From NCBI GenBank assembly GCA_963705305.1, contig OY970067.1, positions 2,816,001 to 2,880,000 on the forward strand: a DNA stretch of 64,000 nucleotides, written 5' to 3'. Position 1 is the first letter of the stretch; every line of letters starts with the position of its first letter. Under the pieces are notes generated by a model. That model worked only from the letters and a program-made list of their open reading frames with translations. It was not told the origin of the DNA and did no database searches. Source of the DNA: an uncultured Methylomirabilota bacterium. GTDB taxonomy: Bacteria > Methylomirabilota > Methylomirabilia > Methylomirabilales > 2-02-FULL-66-22. This document shows, one piece after another, positions 52,079-61,728 of the stretch. A program made the translations under genes and the position numbers.

Positions 52079-53452
52079 ATGGCTCTCCGTATCTTCGGTC
52101 GTCGAGGCCGCTGGGGCGGGGCCTGTCGAAGACGCATCTTGATGGCTTCCTTGACGGGGCTCCTGTCGGCCGCGACTGCGCTGGCAGGCCCCTTCACCGA
52201 GCCGGCAGGGACCGCCCGGGCTCCCCTGCGCCTCCGGGCACCGGCCATTCCCGTGACCGCCGGTCTCGTCGCGCAGAAGGCGATCCCGCTCGAAATCCAG
52301 GCGATCGGCACGGTGCAGGCCTACTCCTCGGTGACGGTCGAGAGCCAGGTGGACGGACGGATCGGTCAGGTGCACTTCACCCAGGGGCAGGAGGTGAAGC
52401 AGGGGGACCTCCTGTTCACGCTGGACCAGCAGCCCTTCCAGGCCGCCCTGGCTCAGGCCCAGGCCAACCTGGGGCGGGACACCGCCCAGCTCCAGCAGGC
52501 CGAGGCGGCGGTCGGGCAGACGCTTGCGGCGCACACCCAGGCCGAGGCCGACCTGGCACGCGATCAGGCGCAGCTGGAGTATGCCAGGGCGGAGGATCGC
52601 CGCTACCAGGAGCTGATCGTCGAAGGGGCCATCTCGAAGGAGCAGTACGGCCAGGTCCACGCCGCGGCCCTGGCGGCGGAGGCGACGATCCGGGCGGATC
52701 AGGCCGCCATCGACAATGCCGCGGCCTCCATCCGGGCGGCCCGGGCCACCGTGGAAAGCGCCCGGGCGGCCGTGAAAGCCGACCAGGCGGCGGTGGAGAC
52801 GGCCCGCATCCAGCTGGGATACACGCTCATCCGGGCCCCCATGGACGGCCGGACGGGGAGTCTGCTGGTCTTTCCGGGGAGCGTGGTCAAGGGGAGCACG
52901 ACCAACCTGGTGGTGATCAACCAGGTCCATCCGATCTACGTCTCCTTCTCCGTCCCGGAGCAGGACCTGGCGGAGGTGCGGAAGTTCCGAGCCGCGGGGG
53001 ATCCGGCGGTGGCGACCTATCTCGCCGGGGAGGCCCGGCCCGCTGCATACGGGACCCTGACGTTCATCGACAACACGGTGAACGCGACCACCGGGACGAT
53101 CCAGCTCATGGCGACCTTCCCGAACCGGAATGATTCGCTCTGGCCGGGACAGTTCGTCAGCGTGGTCCTCACCCTCGCCATCCAACCCCACCGCACCGTG
53201 GTGCCATCCCAGGCAGTCCAGATCGGGCAGCAAGGATCTTACGTGTTCGTCATCAAGCCGAACCGCACCGTGGAGGTCCGCCCGGTCGTGGTCGGACAGA
53301 CACTGGAGTCGGAGACGGTCGTGGAGCAGGGTCTCCACCCCGGCGAGCAGGTGGTGACCGACGGTCAGTCGCGCCTCTATCCCGGTGCGCACGTTGAGAT
53401 CAAGGCGTCGCTCGGCGGCGGGGCGCCCGCCGGTGCCGGAGGGATCCCATGA
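52079..53452 (+). CDS. RND periplasmic adaptor (MdtA-like)
   Basis: GQEVKQGDLLF, long alpha-hairpin, IRAPMDG, FIDNTVNATTGT, LWPGQFV. Confidence 0.92.
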   Translation: MALRIFGRRGRWGGACRRRILMASLTGLLSAATALAGPFTEPAGTARAPLRLRAPAIPVTAGLVAQKAIPLEIQAIGTVQAYSSVTVESQVDGRIGQVHFTQGQEVKQGDLLFTLDQQPFQAALAQAQANLGRDTAQLQQAEAAVGQTLAAHTQAEADLARDQAQLEYARAEDRRYQELIVEGAISKEQYGQVHAAALAAEATIRADQAAIDNAAASIRAARATVESARAAVKADQAAVETARIQLGYTLIRAPMDGRTGSLLVFPGSVVKGSTTNLVVINQVHPIYVSFSVPEQDLAEVRKFRAAGDPAVATYLAGEARPAAYGTLTFIDNTVNATTGTIQLMATFPNRNDSLWPGQFVSVVLTLAIQPHRTVVPSQAVQIGQQGSYVFVIKPNRTVEVRPVVVGQTLESETVVEQGLHPGEQVVTDGQSRLYPGAHVEIKASLGGGAPAGAGGIP

Positions 53453-56400
53453 GCATTCCCTCCCTGTTCATCCGCCGTCCCGTCATGACCACCCTGGTGA
53501 TGCTGGGAATCCTGTTCTTCGGCATCGTGGCGTTCCGGATGCTGCCGGTGAGCGACCTGCCCAGCGTGGATTTTCCCACCATCCTGGTTTCCGCCAGCCT
53601 GCCGGGGGCCAGCCCGGAGACCATGGCCTCCGCGGTGGCAACCCCCCTGGAGCGGCAGTTCTCGACCATCGCCGGCCTGAACAACATGAGTTCCACCAGC
53701 GCCCTGGGGACCACGCAGATCACGCTCCAGTTCGATCTGAGCCGGAACATCGACGCGGCCGCCCAGGACGTCCAGGCGGCCATCTCCGCGGCGGGGAACC
53801 AGCTGCCCCCGGGCATGCCCATGCCCCCGACCTACAGCAAGGTGAACCCGGCCGAGGCCCCCATCCTGTACATCGCCGTGCAGTCGCCGACCCTTCCCAT
53901 CTCCACCGTGGACGAGTACAGCGAGACCCTCCTGGCCGAGCGGATCTCCACGGTCAGCGGTGTCTCCCAGGTTGCCGTCTTCGGCTCGCAGAAGTACGCC
54001 GTTAGGGTCCAGGTGGACCCCCGGCTGTTGGCCTCGCAGGGGATCGGCATCGACCAGGTCGCCGCGGCCCTCGCCCACGGGAACGTTAACCTGCCCACGG
54101 GGAGCCTGTCGGGGACCAGCCAGGCCTTCACCCTGCAGGCGACGGGACAGCTCACCGACGCGGCGGCGTACCGCCCTCTCATCGTGGCGTACCGGAACGG
54201 GGCGCCGGTACGGCTGCAGCAGCTGGGGCGGGTGCTCGACAGCGTGCAGGATGACCAGGTGGCGGCCTGGCACGATAACGTCCGGGCGGTGGTCCTGGCC
54301 ATCGAGCGACAGCCGGGTACCAATACCGTCGGGGTCGTGGACGCCATCCGGCAGATCCTGCCCAGCCTGCGCCAAGAGATCCCGGCATCGGTCCAGATGC
54401 AGGTCCTCTACGACCGGTCGCAGACCATTCGCGCCTCGGTCGCCGACGTGGAGTTCACCCTCCTCCTCACCGTCTGCCTGGTCGTCCTCGTGATCTTCCT
54501 GTTCCTGCGAAACGCCTCGGCGACGATCATCCCCAGCCTGGCCCTCCCCATGTCCATCGTGACCACGTTTGCCATCATGTACCTCCTGGGCTACAGCCTG
54601 GACAACCTCTCCCTCATGGCGCTGACCCTGTCGGTCGGCTTCGTCGTGGACGACGCCATCGTCATGCTGGAGAACATCGTGCGCCACCTGGAGATGGGAA
54701 AGGGGGTCATGCAGGCGGCCTTGGATGGATCCCGCGAGATCGGGTTCACCATCGTCTCCATGACCCTCTCGCTGACCGCCGTCTTCATCCCGGTCCTGTT
54801 TCTGGGGGGGATCGTGGGCCGCCTGTTTCGCGAATTTGCCGTAACCGTGGCGGCCGCCATCCTGGTTTCCGGCTTCGTCTCCCTGAGCCTCACGCCCATG
54901 CTGGCCAGCCGGTTCCTGCGACAGGCCGGCGCCCAGCGGCACGGCCGGCTATATCTGTTGGGGGAGCGGGGATTCGACGCGATGCTGGCGGCGTATCGCC
55001 GCACGCTGGAATGGGCGCTGGAGCAGCGCCGGACTATCGTGGCCGTTTTCGCTCTCCTTCTGGTGGGCACGGTCTATCTCTTCGCCGTGGTGCCGAAGGG
55101 CTTTCTCCCCAGCGAGGACAACGGCCAGATCTTCGCCTTCACCCAGGCAAGCGAGGGGATCTCCTTTGACGACATGGTCCGGCACCAACAGGCGGTCACG
55201 GACATCATCGCCAAGGATCCGAACGTGGGCTCCTTCTTCTCGGCCGTGGGGGTGAGCGGGTCCTCCGCCACCCTCAACATTGGCCGGGCCTTCATCCGCC
55301 TGAAACCCCGCTCGGAGCGGCTGCCGGTGGACGAGGTGATCCAGGAGCTCAGGCCCAAGCTGGCGCGCGTGCCAGGGATGCAGGTCTTTCTCCAGAACCC
55401 TCCCACCATCCAGCTCGGCGGCCGTCTGACCGAGAGCCAATACCAGTACACCCTGCAGGGCCCCGACACGGCGCAGCTTTTCCGGCTGGCTCCCGTACTC
55501 GAATCCAAGATCGCAACCCTGCCGGGCGTGCAGGATGTGACCAGCGACCTCCAGATCCGCGATCCGCAGGTGCTCGTCCAGATCAACCGGGACAAGGCCT
55601 CGGCCCTGGGGGTGACGGCGGATCAGATCGAGACCGCCCTGGCGGACGCCTACGGGTCGCAGCAAGTCTCGACGATCTACACTCCGACCAACGAGTACTG
55701 GGTCATCCTGGAGGTCTTGCCCCGCTACCAGCTGGATCCGGCCGCCCTCTCCGATCTCTACATCCAGTCGTCGACGGGCCAGCTGGTTCCGCTGGGCGCC
55801 GTGGCCACTCTCACCCGGGGTGTCGGGCCCCTGACGATCAATCACCAGGGCCAGCTCCCCGCCGTGACCATCTCCTTCAACCTGAAGCCCGGCGTCGCCC
55901 TGGGGACGATCGTCGACGAGATCCAGACGCAGGCGCGATCCATGCTGCCGGCCACGATCATCGGGAGCTTCCAGGGGAGCGCCCAGGCTTTCCAGTCCTC
56001 GCTCCGGGATCTCGGCCTCCTCCTGATCATGGCGATCATGGTCATCTTCATCGTCCTGGGGATCCTCTACGAGAGCTTCGTTCATCCGTTGACGATCCTG
56101 TCGGGCCTGCCCGCCGCGGGGGTGGGGGCCCTGGCGACGCTCCTGCTCTTTCACGTGGATCTGAATATCTATTCCTTCATCGGGGTGATCATGTTGGTGG
56201 GCCTCGTCAAGAAGAACGCCATCATGATGATCGACTTCGCCCTGGAGGCCGAACGTCAGGGCAAGAGCCCGCACGACGCCATCTACGAAGGGTGCCTCCT
56301 GCGCTTCCGCCCCATCATGATGACGACCATGGCCGCCCTGATGGCCACCCTTCCGATCGCTTTCGGAACCGGGCAGGGGGCGGAATCGCGTCGGCCGCTC

Positions 56401-56577
56401 GGGCTTGCGGTAGTGGGAGGATTGCTGGTCTCGCAGCTGTTGACGTTGTATATTACCCCCGTCATCTACACCTACCTGGACGCCTTCCGCGAGTGGGGCA
56501 AGGGACATCTCCTGTGGCTGCGACCCGCACCGGCGGGCACGCCCGTGCCGGACCTGGACTCGCGCGAGGGAAAGTGA
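53449..56577 (+). CDS. RND efflux permease (MdtB/MdtC-like)
   Basis: FIRRPVMT, LPGASPETMA, GFVVDDAIVMLEN, VKKNAIMMIDFA, RFRPIMMTT. Confidence 0.95.
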   Translation: MSIPSLFIRRPVMTTLVMLGILFFGIVAFRMLPVSDLPSVDFPTILVSASLPGASPETMASAVATPLERQFSTIAGLNNMSSTSALGTTQITLQFDLSRNIDAAAQDVQAAISAAGNQLPPGMPMPPTYSKVNPAEAPILYIAVQSPTLPISTVDEYSETLLAERISTVSGVSQVAVFGSQKYAVRVQVDPRLLASQGIGIDQVAAALAHGNVNLPTGSLSGTSQAFTLQATGQLTDAAAYRPLIVAYRNGAPVRLQQLGRVLDSVQDDQVAAWHDNVRAVVLAIERQPGTNTVGVVDAIRQILPSLRQEIPASVQMQVLYDRSQTIRASVADVEFTLLLTVCLVVLVIFLFLRNASATIIPSLALPMSIVTTFAIMYLLGYSLDNLSLMALTLSVGFVVDDAIVMLENIVRHLEMGKGVMQAALDGSREIGFTIVSMTLSLTAVFIPVLFLGGIVGRLFREFAVTVAAAILVSGFVSLSLTPMLASRFLRQAGAQRHGRLYLLGERGFDAMLAAYRRTLEWALEQRRTIVAVFALLLVGTVYLFAVVPKGFLPSEDNGQIFAFTQASEGISFDDMVRHQQAVTDIIAKDPNVGSFFSAVGVSGSSATLNIGRAFIRLKPRSERLPVDEVIQELRPKLARVPGMQVFLQNPPTIQLGGRLTESQYQYTLQGPDTAQLFRLAPVLESKIATLPGVQDVTSDLQIRDPQVLVQINRDKASALGVTADQIETALADAYGSQQVSTIYTPTNEYWVILEVLPRYQLDPAALSDLYIQSSTGQLVPLGAVATLTRGVGPLTINHQGQLPAVTISFNLKPGVALGTIVDEIQTQARSMLPATIIGSFQGSAQAFQSSLRDLGLLLIMAIMVIFIVLGILYESFVHPLTILSGLPAAGVGALATLLLFHVDLNIYSFIGVIMLVGLVKKNAIMMIDFALEAERQGKSPHDAIYEGCLLRFRPIMMTTMAALMATLPIAFGTGQGAESRRPLGLAVVGGLLVSQLLTLYITPVIYTYLDAFREWGKGHLLWLRPAPAGTPVPDLDSREGK

Positions 56578-56773
56578 GGGATAGGGGAATCGGGAAGGGC
56601 GCGCAGGCGCGAATCAGGCAGCCTCCTGCCCGTGCGGACTCCTGCGTCTGGGGCGTGCCAACCTGGTCGGGGCGATCCGCTCTCCGATGGGACCGTGCTC
56701 GGTCAGGTGCAGCCGGTCTCTGGGTGTGTGCCCGCTGGGCCGGGTCGCGCGAATCCCGAGGAAGACGCGAGAC

Positions 56774-58339
56774 ATGCCACAGGAATCCAACGCCTCTATT
56801 CCCGCGATCAACCCATGGGTCATCGCGTCCGCGGTGATGCTGGCCACCTTCATGGAGGTGCTGGACACCACCGTTGTCAACGTGTCGCTGCCCCACATCG
56901 CCGGGAGCCTCTCGGTCAGCGTGGATGAGGCCACCTGGGCGCTCACATCCTACCTGGTGGCCAACGCCATCGTCCTGCCCATCACCGGCTGGCTGTCCAA
57001 CTATTTCGGCCGCAAGCGGCTACTCATCGCCGCGGTTACCGGATTCACTGCCGCGTCCTTTCTCTGCGGCCTGGCGCCCAGCCTGGCGTTTCTGGTCATC
57101 TTCCGGGTCGTCCAGGGTGCCTTCGGGGGTGCGCTCCAGCCCATCTCGCAGGCGGTCATGCTGGAAGCGTTCCCGCCCCGGGATCGCGGGAAAGCCATGG
57201 GATTCTGGGGATTGGGCATCGTGGTGGCGCCCATGCTGGGGCCGGTCCTGGGCGGCTACCTCACCGACGTCTATAGCTGGCGCTGGGTGTTCTACATCAA
57301 CATTCCCGTCGGCATCTTGTCCTTCTTCATGACTCAGCTGTTCGTCTTCGATCCTCCCTACATTCGCCGGCGATCGGCGGGGATCGATTACTGGGGCATC
57401 GGCATGCTGGCGGTGGGGATCGGCTCCCTTCAGGTCGTTCTGGACAGGGGACAGGAGGCGGACTGGTTCGGATCACGCTGGATCACCAATCTTGCGGTTC
57501 TGTCGGCGGCGGCATTGATTCTGTTCCTGGCACACGAGATGATCACTCGGCATCCGGTCGTGAACCTCCGGGTGTTCAAGCTCCGTACGTACAGTGTCGG
57601 CATCGGGCTGATGACGGTCCTGGGATTCGTTCTGTACGGGACGCTGGTGCTCGTGCCCATCATGTTGCAGACCCTCATGGGCTACACGGCGCTGGAGGCT
57701 GGATATGCGATGTTTCCCCGCGGCCTGGGGTCGTTCATCGCCATGCCCATCGTCGGTATCATCACGGCCCGGTTCGATCCGCGGAAGCTCCTGACACTGG
57801 GATTTGCAGGAGGCGCCCTGTCGCTCTTCCAGCTCTCCTGGCTGAACCTGAATGCCGGATACTGGGATATTTTCTGGCCGCAATTCATCCAGGGTGTCGC
57901 CTTGGCACTCCTGTTCGTTCCCCTCACCACGGTGACCATGGACCCCGTGCCGAAGGAGGAGATGGGCAACGGCACCAGCATCTTCAACCTGGTGCGCAAC
58001 ATCGGGGGCAGCATGGGAATCGCGGGCGCCACGACCATCCTTGCCCGGGCCACTCAGGTCTACATCAACATCCTGGGCGTCCACGTCACCCCCTATAGCT
58101 TGCGCACGCAACGGGCCTTGGGGGGCCTGCGCACATATTTCCAGGGTCATGGATCGGATCCGGTCACGGCGTCGCAGCAGGCTTATTCTGCGCTGTTCGG
58201 CATGGTCCAAAGCCAGGCCTCCATTCTGTCCTTTCTGCAGTCCTACCGGGTGCTCGGGATTCTCTTCCTCGTCGCCATGCCCCTCATTTTCTTCCTGGGG
58301 AAGCCGGCCCATCAAGAGAAGCGGGCCGCTCTTCACTAG
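56774..58339 (+). CDS. DHA2 (EmrB/QacA) MFS efflux permease
   Basis: FMEVLDTTVVNV, WALTSYL, WRWVFYINIPVG, RNIGGSMG. Confidence 0.93.
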   Translation: MPQESNASIPAINPWVIASAVMLATFMEVLDTTVVNVSLPHIAGSLSVSVDEATWALTSYLVANAIVLPITGWLSNYFGRKRLLIAAVTGFTAASFLCGLAPSLAFLVIFRVVQGAFGGALQPISQAVMLEAFPPRDRGKAMGFWGLGIVVAPMLGPVLGGYLTDVYSWRWVFYINIPVGILSFFMTQLFVFDPPYIRRRSAGIDYWGIGMLAVGIGSLQVVLDRGQEADWFGSRWITNLAVLSAAALILFLAHEMITRHPVVNLRVFKLRTYSVGIGLMTVLGFVLYGTLVLVPIMLQTLMGYTALEAGYAMFPRGLGSFIAMPIVGIITARFDPRKLLTLGFAGGALSLFQLSWLNLNAGYWDIFWPQFIQGVALALLFVPLTTVTMDPVPKEEMGNGTSIFNLVRNIGGSMGIAGATTILARATQVYINILGVHVTPYSLRTQRALGGLRTYFQGHGSDPVTASQQAYSALFGMVQSQASILSFLQSYRVLGILFLVAMPLIFFLGKPAHQEKRAALH

Positions 58340-58586
58340 TCTCCCGCCCGTAAAGATCGTGCGATACGTTGGTTGCCTCCGGGGCTCGGATGTGCGATGC
58401 GAACCATCGGGACGGCATGCGAGCCCGCGTTCTTCACGAGCAGTGCTCGTGACTATTGGGGGAGTGACCAAAATCATTGGATCCTCGGGACTGACCCGTC
58501 CTTTGTGAATAATACCGGCTGGCCTCTTGCCCCCCGTCCGGACGGCGGCCGCGCTGCGCCGCACATGTATCCTCCTGAAACAACAC

Positions 58587-58638
58587 TGCCAAAAGTATCC
58601 ACGGCCCTGGCCCTCTTGAAATGACGGGAGGTTAGCCC
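58587..58638. repeat. 52-bp motif, copy 2
   Basis: Same-orientation match to 47362-47413. Confidence 0.8.
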
Positions 58639-59028
58639 TGCCGCGGAGCCATCCATGTCTCTCGCGGATCGGGCGGTCCCGCCATGGCCGACCGGGCACA
58701 TCCGCCCTCCTGCGACTGGACCCTCGTCTTTTCAGCCAGTTGGCGCGGGGGGAGGCGGCCGGGAGGTGTCGGCACGCCGAATGCCTATATGCCCATCCAG
58801 CCGGAGGCGAGGGCGGAGGAGGCAGGATAGCGGCAGGGGAAGGCGCTGAAGGGTCCCGGGGCGGGCGACCCCTGCGCGCGGACGGTATAGGCCTCCGACC
58901 CTTGCCCCCGGAGAGGTGGAGCGACGAATGCCTTCGGCCCCAGGAGGTGGGCCGGGTCCGCGGCCGGGCGCTGCGGCTGAACAGAACTTCTCCCGAAAGC
59001 GGGGGATAGGGGAAAGGAGCGAGGGGCG

Positions 59029-59229
59029 ATGCGGTATGGTTATTGGTGGATCGAGGCTCTGGCGGGCGTCTATCTGATCATCGCGCCCTACCTGGAGCAT
59101 TTTGCCTCCCAGGAGGCGGCCCTGTACACGGATGTGCTCCTGGGGATCGCCTTGGTGATCTGGGCCCTGGTGGGATTCTACTGGCATACGAGCGAGGAGG
59201 GGCCGAAGAGCCATCCGTCTCGGGCCTGA
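59029..59229 (+). CDS. small two-TM protein (SPW-repeat-like)
   Basis: WIEALAGVYLIIAPY...TDVLLG pattern; purine-rich RBS. Confidence 0.65.
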   Translation: MRYGYWWIEALAGVYLIIAPYLEHFASQEAALYTDVLLGIALVIWALVGFYWHTSEEGPKSHPSRA

Positions 59230-59581
59230 TTTGCCGGAATGGGGCGGCGACTCGTGTCTGGGACTGGAGGTCGCAAATCCATGAGGGCTCAGCAGGGACA
59301 AGGAACAACCAAGATTGAAGCGACGCTCCACACGACCGTCTCGGCCGTGAAGCAGGAGCTGTAAGTCGAGGGGTCGCGCGCGGCCCCTCCCTCTTGCCGG
59401 ATATGGCCGGCAGGGACGCTCTCGGGGTGTCCGTGATGCCCTGCGCGGCGGGGACTCGTGGCGGACAGGGTTCTTCGGGCCCGTGGAGCCCCGAAGGCTT
59501 CCTCACAGGTCGCCTTCCGCCCGCCGACAGGCTCACGGCATCCCGGGACGACTCTTCACGAGAGGCGAGGAAGGACGGGAG

Positions 59582-60706
59582 ATGAGCCGGCAGACCATAC
59601 GCCTGGGACGCATCCTGGGCATCCGCATCGACCTGGACTACACCTGGTTTCTGGTATTCGCCCTGATCACCTGGACGCTCGCGGCCGGCACCTTCCCGGC
59701 GGAATTCCCACGATGGTCCCCGGCCGAATACTGGGGGGTGGCGGCGGTCACGGCTTGTCTGCTCTTCGGCAGCGTCCTGCTGCATGAGTTGGGGCACTCG
59801 GTGGTGGCAATGCGGTATGGCGTCCCGGTCAAGCGCATCACCCTCTTCCTCTTCGGCGGGGTGGCCCAGATCGCCACCGAGCCGCCCAGTGCCGCGGCGG
59901 AATTCTGGATCGCCGTGGCCGGTCCCGCCGTCAGTGCCTGCCTGCTGCTCGTGTTCGGCGGGCTGGAGGCGTTGATGGCGGGAGTGGGGCCGCTGCTGGC
60001 CCTCACCGAGTATCTCGCCTATATCAACGGCGCCCTCGTCCTTTTCAACCTGATTCCGGGGTTCCCGCTGGACGGCGGCCGCGTGCTCCGAGCGGTCATC
60101 TGGGGGAGCACGCGGAGCCTCCACAAGGCCACGCTCGTGGCCGGCAACATCGGGCGGTTCATCGGCTTCCTGTTCATCCTGCTGGGCGTGTGGCAGGCCT
60201 TGGCGGGCAATCTCATCAACGGAATGTGGATTGCGTTCATCGGCTGGTTCTTGGAGAGAGCAGCGGTGGGGCAGATCCAGCAGCAGAGGCTCCAGGACGT
60301 CTTAAGCGACCACAGGGTGGCGGATGCCATGAACCCACATTACGCCGAGATCTTCGCCGCCGACACGCTCCAGGAGCTGGTGGACCGGCACGTCCTGCTG
60401 AACGGCCGGCGGACCTTCATCGTCAAGCGGGGGGATCGGGTCAGCGGCCTCCTCACCCTGCACCGCGTCAAGGCGCTTCCTCCGGACACCTGGTCCCACA
60501 CGACGGTGGCGGAGGCCATGATTCCCATGGATCAGATGAAGCGCGTGGGGCCCGAGACACAGCTGTGGGCCGCCTTCCAGGAGATGGACCGGGACGGCGT
60601 GAATCAGCTCCCGGTCATGACCGACGGGCAGGTTCTCGGCATGCTCAGCCGCGATGACATCATCTCGGCGCTACGAAGCTGGCGCGTCTTCTCCACGAAC
60701 TCCTGA
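59582..60706 (+). CDS. site-2 protease (M50) with CBS domain pair
   Basis: HELGH, IAVAGP, FNLIPGFPLDGGR; C-terminal CBS motifs. Confidence 0.92.
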   Translation: MSRQTIRLGRILGIRIDLDYTWFLVFALITWTLAAGTFPAEFPRWSPAEYWGVAAVTACLLFGSVLLHELGHSVVAMRYGVPVKRITLFLFGGVAQIATEPPSAAAEFWIAVAGPAVSACLLLVFGGLEALMAGVGPLLALTEYLAYINGALVLFNLIPGFPLDGGRVLRAVIWGSTRSLHKATLVAGNIGRFIGFLFILLGVWQALAGNLINGMWIAFIGWFLERAAVGQIQQQRLQDVLSDHRVADAMNPHYAEIFAADTLQELVDRHVLLNGRRTFIVKRGDRVSGLLTLHRVKALPPDTWSHTTVAEAMIPMDQMKRVGPETQLWAAFQEMDRDGVNQLPVMTDGQVLGMLSRDDIISALRSWRVFSTNS

Positions 60707-61008
60707 CACATCTCCCACCGACGACTCTTTCCCGTCCCGCGGCCGGCCGGAGCGGCTCGCCGCCTCGATCCGCATCCGGAGCGACCTTTCCGGAGGCGTC
60801 CGGCGGCTGGAGGTGGGCTGGCGCAGGATTCCGTGCGGCATCCCGCCCGTGGGATGGTAGAATCGAACACAGGCCGCGGGGCGCCCGGGTGGGGACCGCC
60901 GGGGTCCGGCGGCAGGGGGGGCATCCGATCGCCCGGCGGAGACAGAGGCCGGAAGCACCGGGATGAGGGGCGAGGGAGGGCGAGATCCCTCGCGGAGAGG
61001 AGGAGGCC

Positions 61009-61590
61009 ATGGCTGCCAAGAAGATCCTGATGCTGGTCGGCGACTTCGTCGAGGACTACGAGGTGATGGTTCCCTTCCAGGCCCTGCTGATGGTCGGGCA
61101 CATGGTGCACGCAGTCTGTCCGGGCAAGAAGGCCGGTGAGAGAGTTCGGACGGCCGTTCACGATTTCGAGGGGGATCAGACCTACAGCGAAAAGCCCGGC
61201 CACCAGTTCGCGCTGAATGCCACCTTCGAAGAGGTGAAGGCGGAAGGGTATGACGCACTGGTCATTCCGGGCGGGCGTGCGCCCGAGTACATCCGCCTGA
61301 ACCCGAAGGTCCTGGAGTTCGTCCGGCATTTCGCAAAGGCCAACAAGCCCATCGCCGCGATTTGTCACGGCGCCCAGGTCCTGGCGGCCGCCGGGGTGCT
61401 GGCGGGGAAGCACTGCTCTGCCTATCCGGCCGTGGGGCCGGACGTGACGCGCGCCGGGGGCACGTACATGGACATTCCCGTGGATCAGGCCCACGTGGAC
61501 GGGACGCTGGTGACGGCGCCGGCCTGGCCGGCGCATCCCGTCTGGCTGGCCAGGTTTCTGGAGGTGCTGGGGACCAAGATTCAGCCGTAA
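61009..61590 (+). CDS. DJ-1/PfpI family protein
   Basis: [29 protein letters not shown]. Confidence 0.93.
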   Translation: MAAKKILMLVGDFVEDYEVMVPFQALLMVGHMVHAVCPGKKAGERVRTAVHDFEGDQTYSEKPGHQFALNATFEEVKAEGYDALVIPGGRAPEYIRLNPKVLEFVRHFAKANKPIAAICHGAQVLAAAGVLAGKHCSAYPAVGPDVTRAGGTYMDIPVDQAHVDGTLVTAPAWPAHPVWLARFLEVLGTKIQP

Positions 61591-61626
61591 CCGCACGACG
61601 CCCGGCCCGGGGTGCGCGGGGCGGCC

Positions 61627-61688
61627 AACACCCGGCAGACGGCCTGCCGACAAAGGGGCTTGCGGTCAGCCGGGTGTTCTTCTATAAC
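61627..61688 (+). promoter_or_regulatory. 17-bp inverted repeat overlapping a candidate ppc promoter
   Basis: AACACCCGGCAGACGGC...GCGGTCAGCCGGGTGTT; TTGCGG-N17-TATAAC at 61660-61688. Confidence 0.4.
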
Positions 61689-61728
61689 AGCATCGCTGCG
61701 TTGGCGTCTGCCGATCGGTGGAGGGGGT

